From contig OZ245006.1 of assembly GCA_965223545.1 (NCBI GenBank), positions 2,176,001-2,240,000 of the forward strand: 64,000 bases of DNA. The letters run 5' to 3'. This DNA is from Planctomycetota bacterium. GTDB lineage: Bacteria; Planctomycetota; UBA1135; UBA2386. The translations under genes were made by a program, and so were the position numbers. Numbering within the stretch: position 1 is the first letter of the stretch; each line of letters starts with the position of its first letter. The notes under the pieces are model-generated. The model did no database searches, was not told the DNA's origin, and saw only the letters and a list, made by a program, of their open reading frames with translations. Of this stretch, positions 1 to 8,139 are shown one piece after another.

Positions 1-881
1 TGCACCAGCGCGCGCTCCGGTGGCGTCGGCCGGCGGCCCAAGCCATCGCCGCGCCGGATCATCTCGGCGGCGATGCGGTTCAGGCTGTGTGACGATGCAC
101 TGCGCGGCGCCGAGACGGTGATCGGCGGCTGCCCCAGCCGGCGTTGGGTCACCGCCGGATCCTCGAGCACTTCGCCGAGGTAGCAGAGCTCACAGCCGGC
201 AAACCGGCGCGCTACGGTGCGCAGCTTGTCGAACGTCAGCCGGCCGAAGCCGGCGTGCGGCGAGCGGTTGACGACCACCCAGATCGCAGGCCGCGACGGC
301 TGCCGCGCCAAGCACTTGACCAGCGCGTATGCGTCGGTCAGCGCGGCGATCTCCGGGTTGGTCACCAGCACGATGTGGTCCGCCAGCAGCAGCGTCAGCA
401 AGCTCTGTGGCGAGATGCCGGCGGCGGTGTCCAGCAGCAGTAGATCGTCGCCGGCAGCCAGGTGCTCCAACGCGTGGGCGAGCGCCAACAGCTCGCGTTC
501 GCCGAGGTCGGCCAGCCGGCTGATCCCGGAACCCGCGGGGATCAGGTCGGGGCCGTGCTCGGTCCGACAGCGCGCATCGTCGACCGACACTTGACCGTTG
601 AGCACGTGCTGCAGGGTGAGGCGTGGGTTGAGACCGAGCAGCAGATGGGCGTTGCCGAGACCGAAGTCACAGTCCACGAGCGTCGTTTGCTGGCCGCGGC
701 GGTGGAACAACACGGCGAGGTTGCTGGCGACGAAAGACTTGCCGGTACCACCCTTGCCGCTGCAGATCGCCACCACCGACGCCTGGCCGCGCGGCGCGCC
801 GACGGCCGCGCGTTGGCCAAACAGACGGCGCAGGACGCCGCCGCCCACTGGCTCGCTGTCGGCGCGTCGCACCACCTTCAT
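1..881 (-). CDS. MinD/FlhG-family (ParA superfamily) ATPase, 3' end runs off the window
   Basis: Manual minus-strand translation from ATG 881: MKVVRR...VVAICSGKGGTGKSFVASNLA (deviant Walker A), LVDCDFGLGNAHLLLG, LIPAGSG, LLLDTAAGIS, VTNPEIAALTDAYALVK, VVVNR. Absent from the ORF track because there is no stop in the window. Confidence 0.85.
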   Translation of the reverse strand, partial: MKVVRRADSEPVGGGVLRRLFGQRAAVGAPRGQASVVAICSGKGGTGKSFVASNLAVLFHRRGQQTTLVDCDFGLGNAHLLLGLNPRLTLQHVLNGQVSVDDARCRTEHGPDLIPAGSGISRLADLGERELLALAHALEHLAAGDDLLLLDTAAGISPQSLLTLLLADHIVLVTNPEIAALTDAYALVKCLARQPSRPAIWVVVNRSPHAGFGRLTFDKLRTVARRFAGCELCYLGEVLEDPAVTQRRLGQPPITVSAPRSASSHSLNRIAAEMIRRGDGLGRRPTPPERALV

Positions 882-911
882 TGCCTCGCGCAAGGGTGCA
901 TTGCGGTCGGC

Positions 912-1844
912 TCAGCCCTCGCGTTCGAACACCTTGATCTCACCCTCGACGAGGTGCTGCGCACCCTCGATCGAACGGCGTAACGGCTCCAGTGAGAGCT
1001 CCTGGCCGGCGGCCCCGCGGCCATTGGTACAGCCCTCGGCACCGTCGCCGGGGTCGGCACCCTCCTCGGTGCCACCTCCCCCGAGCAGCGCCAGGTAGCG
1101 GCGCGCGACCGCGTCCACGGCGACCGCACGTTCGCGGGCAGTGACCAACGGCAGCGGCGCCGGCTCGGCATCGCCTTCGCCGCAGACCACGACGAGCACG
1201 TCACGGCCGCGCACGCGCAGCTCACACAACTGCTCCCCGCTGAGCCGCACGCGGCGCGTGTAGCGATCTCCCTCCGCCAACAAGTCCGGATCCAATGCCT
1301 GCACGCGGGACAGAAAGGCCTCGGCAGCCGCGCGCACCGCGACGCCGTCCAGACCGCCGGGCACCGAGAAGCCATCCTCGGCGCTCAGTGCCGATGGCCC
1401 CAGCAGCGCGCGCACGCCGATGATCGTCTCGCTGCCGACCCGGAACGACATCAGGTCGTAGAGCTCGACGGCACCCGCAGGTAGCTGTTCGAGCTGCTCG
1501 ATCAAGCCCGACGAGACGTTGAACCCCAACGCCACGTAGCGGGGCGGCAAGGCGTAGTCGATCGACGCGTCCGGGCAGGCCCGACTGAGCAGCTCAATGC
1601 GCCGCGACACCCAGGCGCGCGTGCCGAGCACCGCCGCGGCAACGCTGCGGCCGACGCGCTCATCGGCGACGAACAGAAACACCGGGCGGCCGGCGGCGTC
1701 GGCGGCCAGCGCCTCGACCGAGCAGCCAGTTGCCAGCTCGAGATCGCGGCGCACCACTGTGATGCCCCGTTCAACGTCCGCCAGGTAGCGCTCGATCAAC
1801 TCCCCCGCGCTACGCTGGGGGTGGCTGAGTGGGCCGGAGATCAT
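912..1844 (-). CDS. Hypothetical protein with a degenerate NucS/PD-(D/E)xK-like N-terminal region
   Basis: ATG at 1844 follows a GGAGG-like RBS. DLELATGCSVEALAADAAGRPV resembles the NucS-type IDILAxDxxGxxVVIELK segment but lacks ExK. Confidence 0.55.
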   Translation of the reverse strand: MISGPLSHPQRSAGELIERYLADVERGITVVRRDLELATGCSVEALAADAAGRPVFLFVADERVGRSVAAAVLGTRAWVSRRIELLSRACPDASIDYALPPRYVALGFNVSSGLIEQLEQLPAGAVELYDLMSFRVGSETIIGVRALLGPSALSAEDGFSVPGGLDGVAVRAAAEAFLSRVQALDPDLLAEGDRYTRRVRLSGEQLCELRVRGRDVLVVVCGEGDAEPAPLPLVTARERAVAVDAVARRYLALLGGGGTEEGADPGDGAEGCTNGRGAAGQELSLEPLRRSIEGAQHLVEGEIKVFEREG

Positions 1845-1970
1845 GCATCCCTCCCTTGGAGAACCCACCGGCCCTCCCCGATACGGACACCGCGTCCCGT
1901 CGAGCACCCTGACCGGTGCATCGCGAACGCAGGCTTGCCCGAGTTTTTTGCAAACGCGAAGTCGTTTCTC

Positions 1971-2060
1971 TTGACGGAACCCGATCGGCTCCGTTGACGC
2001 CATTCTCGGCGGAGGAGAGGGGTCTTGACAACCCCATGGGGAGGGGTTTTGACGCCCCCC
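1971..2060. promoter_or_regulatory. Cluster of four TTGAC motifs, including two GAGGGGTyTTGACr direct repeats
   Basis: TTGAC at 1971, 1994, 2025 and 2049. GAGGGGTCTTGACA (2017-2030) and GAGGGGTTTTGACG (2041-2054) are each followed by CCCC, forming small hairpins. Confidence 0.35.
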
Positions 2061-2071
2061 GCCCACCACTC

Positions 2072-2734
2072 CTAGCCGCCGTCGGTCCGGCGGCGGCGAA
2101 GTCGGTGGTTTCCCGAAGTCCGGTCGTCCGGATGCCCCGCGGTGCCGCCCTGTTGCGCGCGGCAGTAGGCCGCCGCCAACGCATCGGTGATATCCCGCGG
2201 CCCCGCCGCGGCGGGCAACGCCAGCTGCCGGCAGACCATCTCCGCGACCGCGTCCTTGTTCGCCTGGCCGTGGCCGGCCACCGCGCGCTTGATGCGGGCC
2301 GGCGCGAACTGATGGACGACGAGGCCGTGCTCTCGCGCTCCGGCGAGGATCACCCCGCGCGCCTCACCGATGCGCAGTGCCGCCGCGACGCTCTTGCCGT
2401 AGAACGCCCCTTCGATCGCCAGCTCGTCGGGGGCCAACCGCTGCAGCAACTCGGTGAGCAGCTGGCGCAGGCGCAGGAGTCGATCTTCGAGCGCGACGGC
2501 CCGGCCGCCCAACGAGAGCACGCCGGCGTCCACCACCCGCATACCCACGAGGGACGCCCCGCGGCGCACGACGTTGCCGGCCGCCAACGCCAGCGGCGGC
2601 GCGGCGCGGTCGGCGACCGAGTCCGCCACCGCGGCGGCGAGCTCTAGGCAGCCATAACCCACGACCTGACTGCCCGGATCGATGCCGAGAATCCGCAGCC
2701 CGCGTGCTCCGCCCGCGTTGATCGCCGCCTCCAT
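2072..2734 (-). CDS. ruvC: Crossover junction endodeoxyribonuclease RuvC
   Basis: RILGIDPG, AIEGAFYGKSVAAALRIGEARGVI, IKRAVAGHGQANK and DITDALA motifs. Confidence 0.93.
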   Translation of the reverse strand: MEAAINAGGARGLRILGIDPGSQVVGYGCLELAAAVADSVADRAAPPLALAAGNVVRRGASLVGMRVVDAGVLSLGGRAVALEDRLLRLRQLLTELLQRLAPDELAIEGAFYGKSVAAALRIGEARGVILAGAREHGLVVHQFAPARIKRAVAGHGQANKDAVAEMVCRQLALPAAAGPRDITDALAAAYCRAQQGGTAGHPDDRTSGNHRLRRRRTDGG

Positions 2735-2830
2735 GTGCCACCGAGCATTGTGCGCTGCGGCCGCCGGTGAGGCAAAGTGCTTGTGAAACGCGGTTGGCGC
2801 CGGCGCCGCCGGCGGTAGGTTGCCGGCAGC

Positions 2831-3526
2831 GTGAAGGTCGCCATTCTGCTTCTGGCCGCGGGTCGCGGCACCCGGCTCGGTGCCGCTGTGCCCAAGGCAT
2901 TCCTGCGCTGCGCCGGCGTGTCGCTGCTCGAGCGGTGCGTGGTGCGCCTCGCGCAGCTGCCGGTCGACCGGGAGATCATCGCCGCGGTGCATCCCGACGA
3001 CCGGGCACCGCATCTCGCGCCGATCCTCGACGCTCTGCGCGCCGCCGGGCTGCACCGCTGCGTCGACGGCGGCGACAGCCGACAGGTCTCGATGCGCCGC
3101 GCGCTGGCGGCGAGCGCGGCCGACTGCGACCTCGTCCTGGTGCACGACGCAGCGCGCCCGTTCTTTCCGCTGCGGGCGACCGAGCAGGCCATTTCGCGCG
3201 CCGCGGCCGTCGGCGCGGCGTTGGTGGCGATCCCGGTGCCGGACACGCTGAAACGAGTCGGCCCGGGCCAGCGCGTGCAAGAAACGGTCGACCGCGCCGA
3301 CCTCTGGTTGGCACAAACCCCACAAGTCGCCCAACGGCATTTGCTCGAGGACGCCTTGCGACGCGCCGAGCGGGAGGGCTTTGCCGGCACCGACGACGTC
3401 TCGCTGCTCGAGCGCTGTGGCGTGCCGGTCGAGGTCGTGCCCGGCAGCCCCACCAACATCAAGATCACCAGCCCGGCGGATCTACCGCTCGCCGAGCGGA
3501 TCGCGCAGGAGATCGAACGACCATGA
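2831..3526 (+). CDS. ispD: 2-C-methyl-D-erythritol 4-phosphate cytidylyltransferase
   Basis: LLAAGRGTRLG..PKAF, GGDSRQVS, VLVHDAARP, AQTPQ, TDD and NIKIT motifs. Overlaps ispF (ATGA). Confidence 0.95.
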   Translation: MKVAILLLAAGRGTRLGAAVPKAFLRCAGVSLLERCVVRLAQLPVDREIIAAVHPDDRAPHLAPILDALRAAGLHRCVDGGDSRQVSMRRALAASAADCDLVLVHDAARPFFPLRATEQAISRAAAVGAALVAIPVPDTLKRVGPGQRVQETVDRADLWLAQTPQVAQRHLLEDALRRAEREGFAGTDDVSLLERCGVPVEVVPGSPTNIKITSPADLPLAERIAQEIERP

Positions 3527-4014
3527 ACAAGCTCCGCATCGGACTCGGCATCGACACGCACCGTCTGGCGGAAGGCCGCCGCTGCGTGCTGGGCGGCGTC
3601 GAGATCGAGTCCCCGGTCGGACCGGTCGGCCACAGCGACGGCGACGCCGTGCTACACGCGATCTGCGACGCAGTGCTCGGCGCCGCCGGCCTCGATGATC
3701 TCGGCACCGTGTTCGCGGACGACGACCCCGCCCACCGCGATCGCGACTCGGCCGAGTTCTGCGCCGCGGTCACCGAGCGAATCACGGCCGCGGGACTGGC
3801 AGTGGGCTCGCTCGATGTCGTCGTGGAGTGCGAACGGCCGGTCTTGAAGCCGCACCGAAGCGCGATGCGAGCCCGCATCGCCGCCCTGTTCGCGGCGCCC
3901 CCCGAGGCGGTCAACATCAAGGGCAAGAGCGGCGAAGGGCTGGACGACCCGATCGGCCGCCGCCAGGCGCTGCGCGCCACCGCGGTCGCCCTGCTCCACG
4001 CGACCGACGGTTGA
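3523..4014 (+). CDS. ispF: 2-C-methyl-D-erythritol 2,4-cyclodiphosphate synthase
   Basis: RIGLGIDTHRL, LGGV, GHSDGDAVLHAICDAVLGAAGLDDLG and VNIKGKSGEG motifs. Confidence 0.95.
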   Translation: MNKLRIGLGIDTHRLAEGRRCVLGGVEIESPVGPVGHSDGDAVLHAICDAVLGAAGLDDLGTVFADDDPAHRDRDSAEFCAAVTERITAAGLAVGSLDVVVECERPVLKPHRSAMRARIAALFAAPPEAVNIKGKSGEGLDDPIGRRQALRATAVALLHATDG

Positions 4015-4029
4015 CGCAGACGAAAGGCC

Positions 4030-6315
4030 TCACCGAGACGGGAGCTTGGCCTCGTCGACGGCGCCACCCGCGTCGGCGACGACCCAGACGAAGTCCAGGC
4101 TAGGCGGCAGCGTGCTGAGTCCGCGCGGCAACCGCAGCGCCCGGCGCACGGTGCGCTGGCTGTTCGGGCCAAGCCGGATCGGCCGGCCGGGGTCCGACCA
4201 CAACACCGCCCCTCCGCTTTGCCCGGTGGCCGCGCTCGAGTGCGCTGCGCGCAGCTGGGAGGTGTAGACAGCCGTCGCCGCGGCCTCTCCCACGTTGCGC
4301 AGATCGGCCGAGAACAACAGGACCGCGCCCGACGGCCCGCCCACGGCGCGGACGCTTGCGGCGACGATGTCGATCGAGGGCTCGGCGAACGCCAAGGCGT
4401 GGTCGACGGGAAGATCGTGGATGGCCTGCTCGACTCCCGAAGGCCAGCGCAACGAGACCTGCTCGACGATGCGGGCGGGACCGAGCCCCCAGTGCAGGCG
4501 CGGCGACGACGAGGCCTCGAACGAGTGGTTTCGGCTGAGCTCGCGGACCAACGTCACGCCGCCAGCGATCAGGCTGGCGTGCACGCCGAGGGCATCGCGA
4601 TTGCTGCTGCGTCCGGTCAAGTCCAGGCCGAACCAGCTGCCGCGGCGCGGAGAGTCGTTGCGGAGCAAGACCTGCGCTCCCGAGACGTTGCACTGCAGGA
4701 CATCGACATCGCCATCGTTGTCGTAGTCGCCGAACGCCGCGCCCCGACCGATGCCGTCGTCGAGCTGCAGCGGCACCTCGGAAAACGTCAGCGCAGGGCC
4801 GTTGTGATGGAACAGCGTGTTGCGGGTGTTGGTGCCGTTCACCAATGGTGGCGACGCCGGCACGAAGCCGTTGGACACGTACAGGTCGAGCCAACCGTCG
4901 TGGTCGAAATCGACGAAGCCGCAACCCCAGCTCGTCGCCAACAACGGCGGCGAGGTACTCGGGTCGTAGGTGACCTCGGTGCCGGTCTGCGTGGTGATAT
5001 CGACGAACGTCGGCCCGTCGTTGCGCAGCATCACGTTGCGGCCGAGGTTGGTGAAGTAGTAGTCGAAGTCGCCGTCGCGGTCGCAGTCGCCGATCGCGAT
5101 CCCCATGCAGTAGATGGCGATGTTGGCGCCCATTGCCGCGCCGCACTCGGTGAAGTTCCACCCCCCGGCCCGGGCGCCGTCGTTGCGGTAGATCTGGTTG
5201 GGCTCGACCGTGGAGCCGAAGTCGTTGCCCAACAGGATGTCGGCGTCACCATCGCCGTCGAAGTCGGACCAAGTCGTCGCCAGCGCAGTTCCGGCACCGG
5301 CGAGCACCGGGTCGGTGACGTCGGTGAACGTGCCGTCGCCATGCCCGCGGAACAGGAAGTTGGCCGACGGCGTGTGCACCGGCGGGGATGAGCCGGGCGC
5401 GATGTAGTTGCCGACGTACAGATCGAGGTTGCCGTCGCGGTCGTAGTCCCCGAACGCCGCCGCGGTGGTGAACGTGTAGATCCCCATCGCCAGTGCCGGC
5501 GTCGTGATGTCGACGAACCGACCACCACCATCGTTCCGGTACAGCAGGTTGGGCCCGTAGCGGGCGAAGAACACGTCCGGATCGCCGTCGTTGTCGAAGT
5601 CGGCGACCGCGGTGCAGAGGTATTCCTCGCCGAGCGAGACCGCGAACGGCGACGGCGACACCTCGGCAAAGGTGCCGTCCCGCAGATTGCGATACAGCCC
5701 TGGCGTCGAGACCCCGCCCGCCAGCAGCACGTCGAGCCAGCCGTCCCCGTCGAAGTCGAGGAAGGCCCCACCGGCGCCCATCATCGTGTTGTCGTCCTGC
5801 TGCACCCAATCGATGCCGGCTGCCGCAGTGACATCCGTCAGCACGAGCTGCGGCCCCTGAGCCTCCGGCGCCTCGAATCTTCGAGCTTCGACAACATTTT
5901 CGAGGCGACGCCGCTGACATGGCAACGTCGCCGCCGCGCCGGAGGCTCGGAGAGACAGTGCCTCCTGGCTCAGCGCGGCGGCGGATGTGTCAGAACTTCC
6001 AACCCGCTCCGGCAAGAGCGGCATCCGAGTTTGGTTGCGGCCGTGGCCGCGCTGAGCCTCGGGGTCCGAGAATGTTCGAGCGGCAACAACCTTTCGGAAG
6101 GCCCGTCGTCGCCGGGACTTCGATACCGCAACTCCCGGAGGCTCGAAGACAACACTGGCGTCTGCGCTCAGCGCGGCGGCGGATGTGTCAGAACTTCCAA
6201 CCCGCTCCGGCAAGAGCGGCATCCGAGTTTGGTTGCGGCCGTGGCCGCGCTGAGCGACGGCTGCCGCCGCGATCAACGGGACGACGACCGAGACCGACGC
6301 CACGCGCCGCATCAC
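4030..6315 (-). CDS. Secreted FG-GAP-repeat / ASPIC-UnbV (CRTAC1-like) protein with an in-frame repeat insertion after the signal peptide
   Basis: Repeated DFDGDGWLD/DYDRDGNLDL/DFDHDGWLDL motifs and the ASPIC/UnbV-type LHWGLG...VSLRWPSG. Signal peptide ends AAAVAQ. The GTG start overlaps the upstream TGA. Confidence 0.88.
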   Translation of the reverse strand: MMRRVASVSVVVPLIAAAAVAQRGHGRNQTRMPLLPERVGSSDTSAAALSADASVVFEPPGVAVSKSRRRRAFRKVVAARTFSDPEAQRGHGRNQTRMPLLPERVGSSDTSAAALSQEALSLRASGAAATLPCQRRRLENVVEARRFEAPEAQGPQLVLTDVTAAAGIDWVQQDDNTMMGAGGAFLDFDGDGWLDVLLAGGVSTPGLYRNLRDGTFAEVSPSPFAVSLGEEYLCTAVADFDNDGDPDVFFARYGPNLLYRNDGGGRFVDITTPALAMGIYTFTTAAAFGDYDRDGNLDLYVGNYIAPGSSPPVHTPSANFLFRGHGDGTFTDVTDPVLAGAGTALATTWSDFDGDGDADILLGNDFGSTVEPNQIYRNDGARAGGWNFTECGAAMGANIAIYCMGIAIGDCDRDGDFDYYFTNLGRNVMLRNDGPTFVDITTQTGTEVTYDPSTSPPLLATSWGCGFVDFDHDGWLDLYVSNGFVPASPPLVNGTNTRNTLFHHNGPALTFSEVPLQLDDGIGRGAAFGDYDNDGDVDVLQCNVSGAQVLLRNDSPRRGSWFGLDLTGRSSNRDALGVHASLIAGGVTLVRELSRNHSFEASSSPRLHWGLGPARIVEQVSLRWPSGVEQAIHDLPVDHALAFAEPSIDIVAASVRAVGGPSGAVLLFSADLRNVGEAAATAVYTSQLRAAHSSAATGQSGGAVLWSDPGRPIRLGPNSQRTVRRALRLPRGLSTLPPSLDFVWVVADAGGAVDEAKLPSR
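5857..6255. repeat. A-B-A'-B mosaic of palindromic units: two identical 90-bp B units and two diverged A units
   Basis: B at 5968-6057 is identical to B at 6166-6255, each with the 12-bp terminal inverted repeat GCTCAGCGCGGC/GCCGCGCTGAGC. A units are closed by GAGCCTC...GAGGCTC. CTGAGC occurs at 5857, 6052 and 6250. Confidence 0.92.
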
Positions 6316-7955
6316 AGTCCGACCTGTGCCAGGTCGTTGTTGATTCGTTTCAGCTCGCCGGTGCGCGACGTTCCGTCGGCGAAAGTCACGGTCACCACGA
6401 GCCCCTCCATCGCGCCGCCGTTGCCCGGGCCAGTGTCGGTGTCGACGTCGAACTCGAACACCTCACCCGGGTTGAAGTCGTTGAACTTGAAGTCCAACGT
6501 GCGGAAGTCGCCCGGTGAACGGCCGAAGTTGGACCCGACCCACCCGGTCGTGCCGGCGCCGCACGGCGTGGCGGGAGTGGCCGTGTAGTCCAGACCGACG
6601 TCGACGTCGGAGCCGTTGCGATAGGTGCCCATGCACAACGGGACGTTGCTGCCGCCGCCGTCGAAGCGATCCGCCATGCCGGTCTGATTGGTGTCGAAGT
6701 AGGTCGTGTTGGGAATCGACGACCGCACCCAGTCGAGACGCAGCCCGACGACGTTCTGCGTCGAGGCATTGATCACCTTCCAGAATCCGTCGCTGTCGTC
6801 GGAATTGAAGTTGTCCGCGCCCTCGGCGCGCACGATCACCGGCGCCGCCAAGTCACCGACGAGCAAGGACCCGCGATTGGAGGTCTCCAGGACGCCGGGG
6901 TTGACCGTCGGCGAGACCACCGCGGCCTGCGTCTCGACGATCGCGCCGGCGAACTGAGGACCGGCCGGCAACGGCAGCGTCACGCTGCCGGTGCGGGCGG
7001 GAATGTTGAGAGCAGCCGGCAACGACAGCAGCGGCGTCCCCACCAAGAGGTCGCAGCCGGTCATCCCCAGCGGGGTCAGGCTGAGCTGCAGCTGGCTCGC
7101 ACCGAAGATCACCGCACCGAGCACCGCATCCGGCGGCAGGCGGGTGATGTCGATGGTGAACGGCTGTCCCAGAGTCGGCACCCGGGACACGGGCGCACCC
7201 ACGGTGAGTGGTCCGTACGACGGCCCCATGTCGTGCGGCAACCCCGCGGAGAAATCGAACGGTCCATCGTCATCGACGCCGTTGCCCCCCGACCACCCGA
7301 CGAGCGCCGTGTGCGCCATCACCGAGGCACCGTAGATCAGGCTGACCTGACCGCTGGCGTGGAACTGGATCTGCATGTTGTTGGGCGAGGTCTGCCCCCA
7401 CTCGGGCACGTTCTCCCACGTCACCCACGCCACGCTCGCCGTCTGGTCGAAGTAGACCGCGCCCATGTTGGTCGGGTCGAGGTTCATGCCGAGCACCGCC
7501 CAGCTCGGCGCGTCCTCGAAGAACTCGCGCAGCAGCTGCGGCGTCGCCGAGCAGCAGCGCGGGCTGGTGATGGTCCCCGGCTCGAGATAGACGTAGCCGT
7601 TCGACGACACTTCGATCTGGTTGGTCGACTGCAGGCCCGTGGGGTAGGGGAAGTTGAAGAGCAACGACTGCGGCGTCGAGATCTGCTCGTCGACCAAACC
7701 CAGGTCGACCGCGGTGGTGGTCGGCAGGAAGGCGGTCGAGCCGGCAAAGACCGTGTACCCGCGCCGGCCGTTGGGCACCCAATCGAGCGAGCCGACGGCG
7801 TTGAGGTCGAACGACCCCGGGGCGAAGGTCTCGTACAGCAAGCTGTCGTCCGGGCAGCCCTCGAACGTCAGCTGGTATGCCCCGGCGATTTGCGCTCGGC
7901 AGGGCCAGACGGCGACCGTCAACGCGGCCGTGGCCGCGAGCAGAGAGATGCGCAT
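6312..7955 (-). CDS. Secreted hypothetical protein (nidogen-like beta domain, lineage-type ~110-aa domain, extra C-terminal domain)
   Basis: Signal peptide MRISLLAATAALTVAVWPCRAQ. FNFPY..IEVSSNGYVYL and VTWENVPEW..QIQF segments. Confidence 0.75.
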   Translation of the reverse strand: MRISLLAATAALTVAVWPCRAQIAGAYQLTFEGCPDDSLLYETFAPGSFDLNAVGSLDWVPNGRRGYTVFAGSTAFLPTTTAVDLGLVDEQISTPQSLLFNFPYPTGLQSTNQIEVSSNGYVYLEPGTITSPRCCSATPQLLREFFEDAPSWAVLGMNLDPTNMGAVYFDQTASVAWVTWENVPEWGQTSPNNMQIQFHASGQVSLIYGASVMAHTALVGWSGGNGVDDDGPFDFSAGLPHDMGPSYGPLTVGAPVSRVPTLGQPFTIDITRLPPDAVLGAVIFGASQLQLSLTPLGMTGCDLLVGTPLLSLPAALNIPARTGSVTLPLPAGPQFAGAIVETQAAVVSPTVNPGVLETSNRGSLLVGDLAAPVIVRAEGADNFNSDDSDGFWKVINASTQNVVGLRLDWVRSSIPNTTYFDTNQTGMADRFDGGGSNVPLCMGTYRNGSDVDVGLDYTATPATPCGAGTTGWVGSNFGRSPGDFRTLDFKFNDFNPGEVFEFDVDTDTGPGNGGAMEGLVVTVTFADGTSRTGELKRINNDLAQVGL

Positions 7956-8139
7956 CGGGGCCCAGTCTAGCTCGTTCCGCGCGACCCGGAGGGCAGGCGG
8001 GCAAAGATACGCAGATACGTAATGAGGCCAGGGAGGCCCACGGGGATCTCCGGGAAGCTCTAAGATCCGAGGCCTCCGTGCCCCGGCGAACGCTTCGTCC
8101 GGGCACCCACCTCCGATTCCAACGAGAGAAGCCACGCCG

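Noticed and set aside
2019..2030. GGGGTCTTGAC as a Tn3-family inverted repeat end
   Set aside because: Similarity is limited to the first few bases, both copies have the same orientation, and no transposase or resolvase is present.
5968..6255. CRISPR array interpretation of the repeat-spacer-repeat pattern
   Set aside because: The repeats are 90 bp, there are only two, the spacers are homologous to each other, and no cas genes are in the window.
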